Below, piece after piece: positions 63,571 through 64,000 of a stretch of DNA of 64,000 nucleotides; positions within the stretch are counted from its first letter, which is position 1, and every line of letters begins with the position of its first letter. The position numbers and the translations under genes were made by a program. The stretch comes from Massalongia carnosa (lineage: Eukaryota), in assembly GCA_965645245.1 (NCBI GenBank), contig OZ287071.1:1550001-1614000 (forward strand), given 5' to 3'. Below the pieces are notes generated by a model, which did no database searches, had not been told where the DNA came from, and saw nothing but the letters and a program-made list of their open reading frames with translations.

Positions 63571-64000
63571 ATGGCTGAAGCAGATGCCACCTCGTCTTCG
63601 AAAACCGCTCCGTCAGGTGGGCTCGCGATCGCCGAGGATCTCCTTCAAAAATGCAATCAACTACTCTCCGAGCTGGAGGAGTTCCGCACATTTCTTACAC
63701 AGCGGAAGAAAGAGCAAGTCGTAGAGATCCGCCATTTTCACAACGCTGTTCGCTCCGAGTTGAAATCTCTGGAGAGGGTATGTCAGCATTCCAATATTCT
63801 GCGAAAGAAAGCCTCTGCATGGCATGTTATATTAACACACTGGTGTTTTAGCTATCAAGAACAGACCCCACAGCGGAGCGGACGGTGCACACTCTCCGCT
63901 CCTCAAACTTACCCTTTTACTCTGCGGTCTGGGAAGCTGCCAAAGCCAGCACCGGGCTAGTAACCTTTCACAAACGATTCCACTGGGCAGCCCCAACGCG
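63571..64000 (+). CDS. DUF1308 (UPF0415/C7orf25-like) protein, 5' part only
   Basis: ELEEFRTFL...VRSELKSLER|(intron)LSRTD...HTLRSSNLPFYSAVWEAAK; runs off the window. Confidence 0.75.

Overview
Eukaryotic DNA from a filamentous ascomycete (Pezizomycotina-type GT-AG introns with CTRAC branch sites; a lichen-forming lineage is plausible but unproven). 0-10 kb is a transposon nest: a Tc1/IS630-like element (689-2761; 103-bp TIRs, D..D37E, apparently a non-TA target duplication) interrupted by a solo LTR, then a Rep-deleted Helitron (~5461-9806) carrying an in-frame solo LTR. 11-18 kb holds CSL4, VAC8 and a Pro/Gln-rich vWA gene. 19-25.5 kb is a decayed accessory island with pseudogenes, including an intron-split fragment of a DUF3435 (Starship captain) tyrosine recombinase. 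27-64 kb is a dense housekeeping block: TUF1, mitochondrial IF3, a GPI-anchored vWA protein, a Rai1/DXO-like protein, IMP1, RIA1/EFL1, a Zn2Cys6 factor, SurE, CWC23, IBA57, DCP2, DUF4112, NCS2, PTM1, SRP21 and a DUF1308 gene. Several MITE-like foldbacks and a recurrent TACRGAGTA motif sit in intergenic DNA. All family assignments are by motif recognition; no searches were run.
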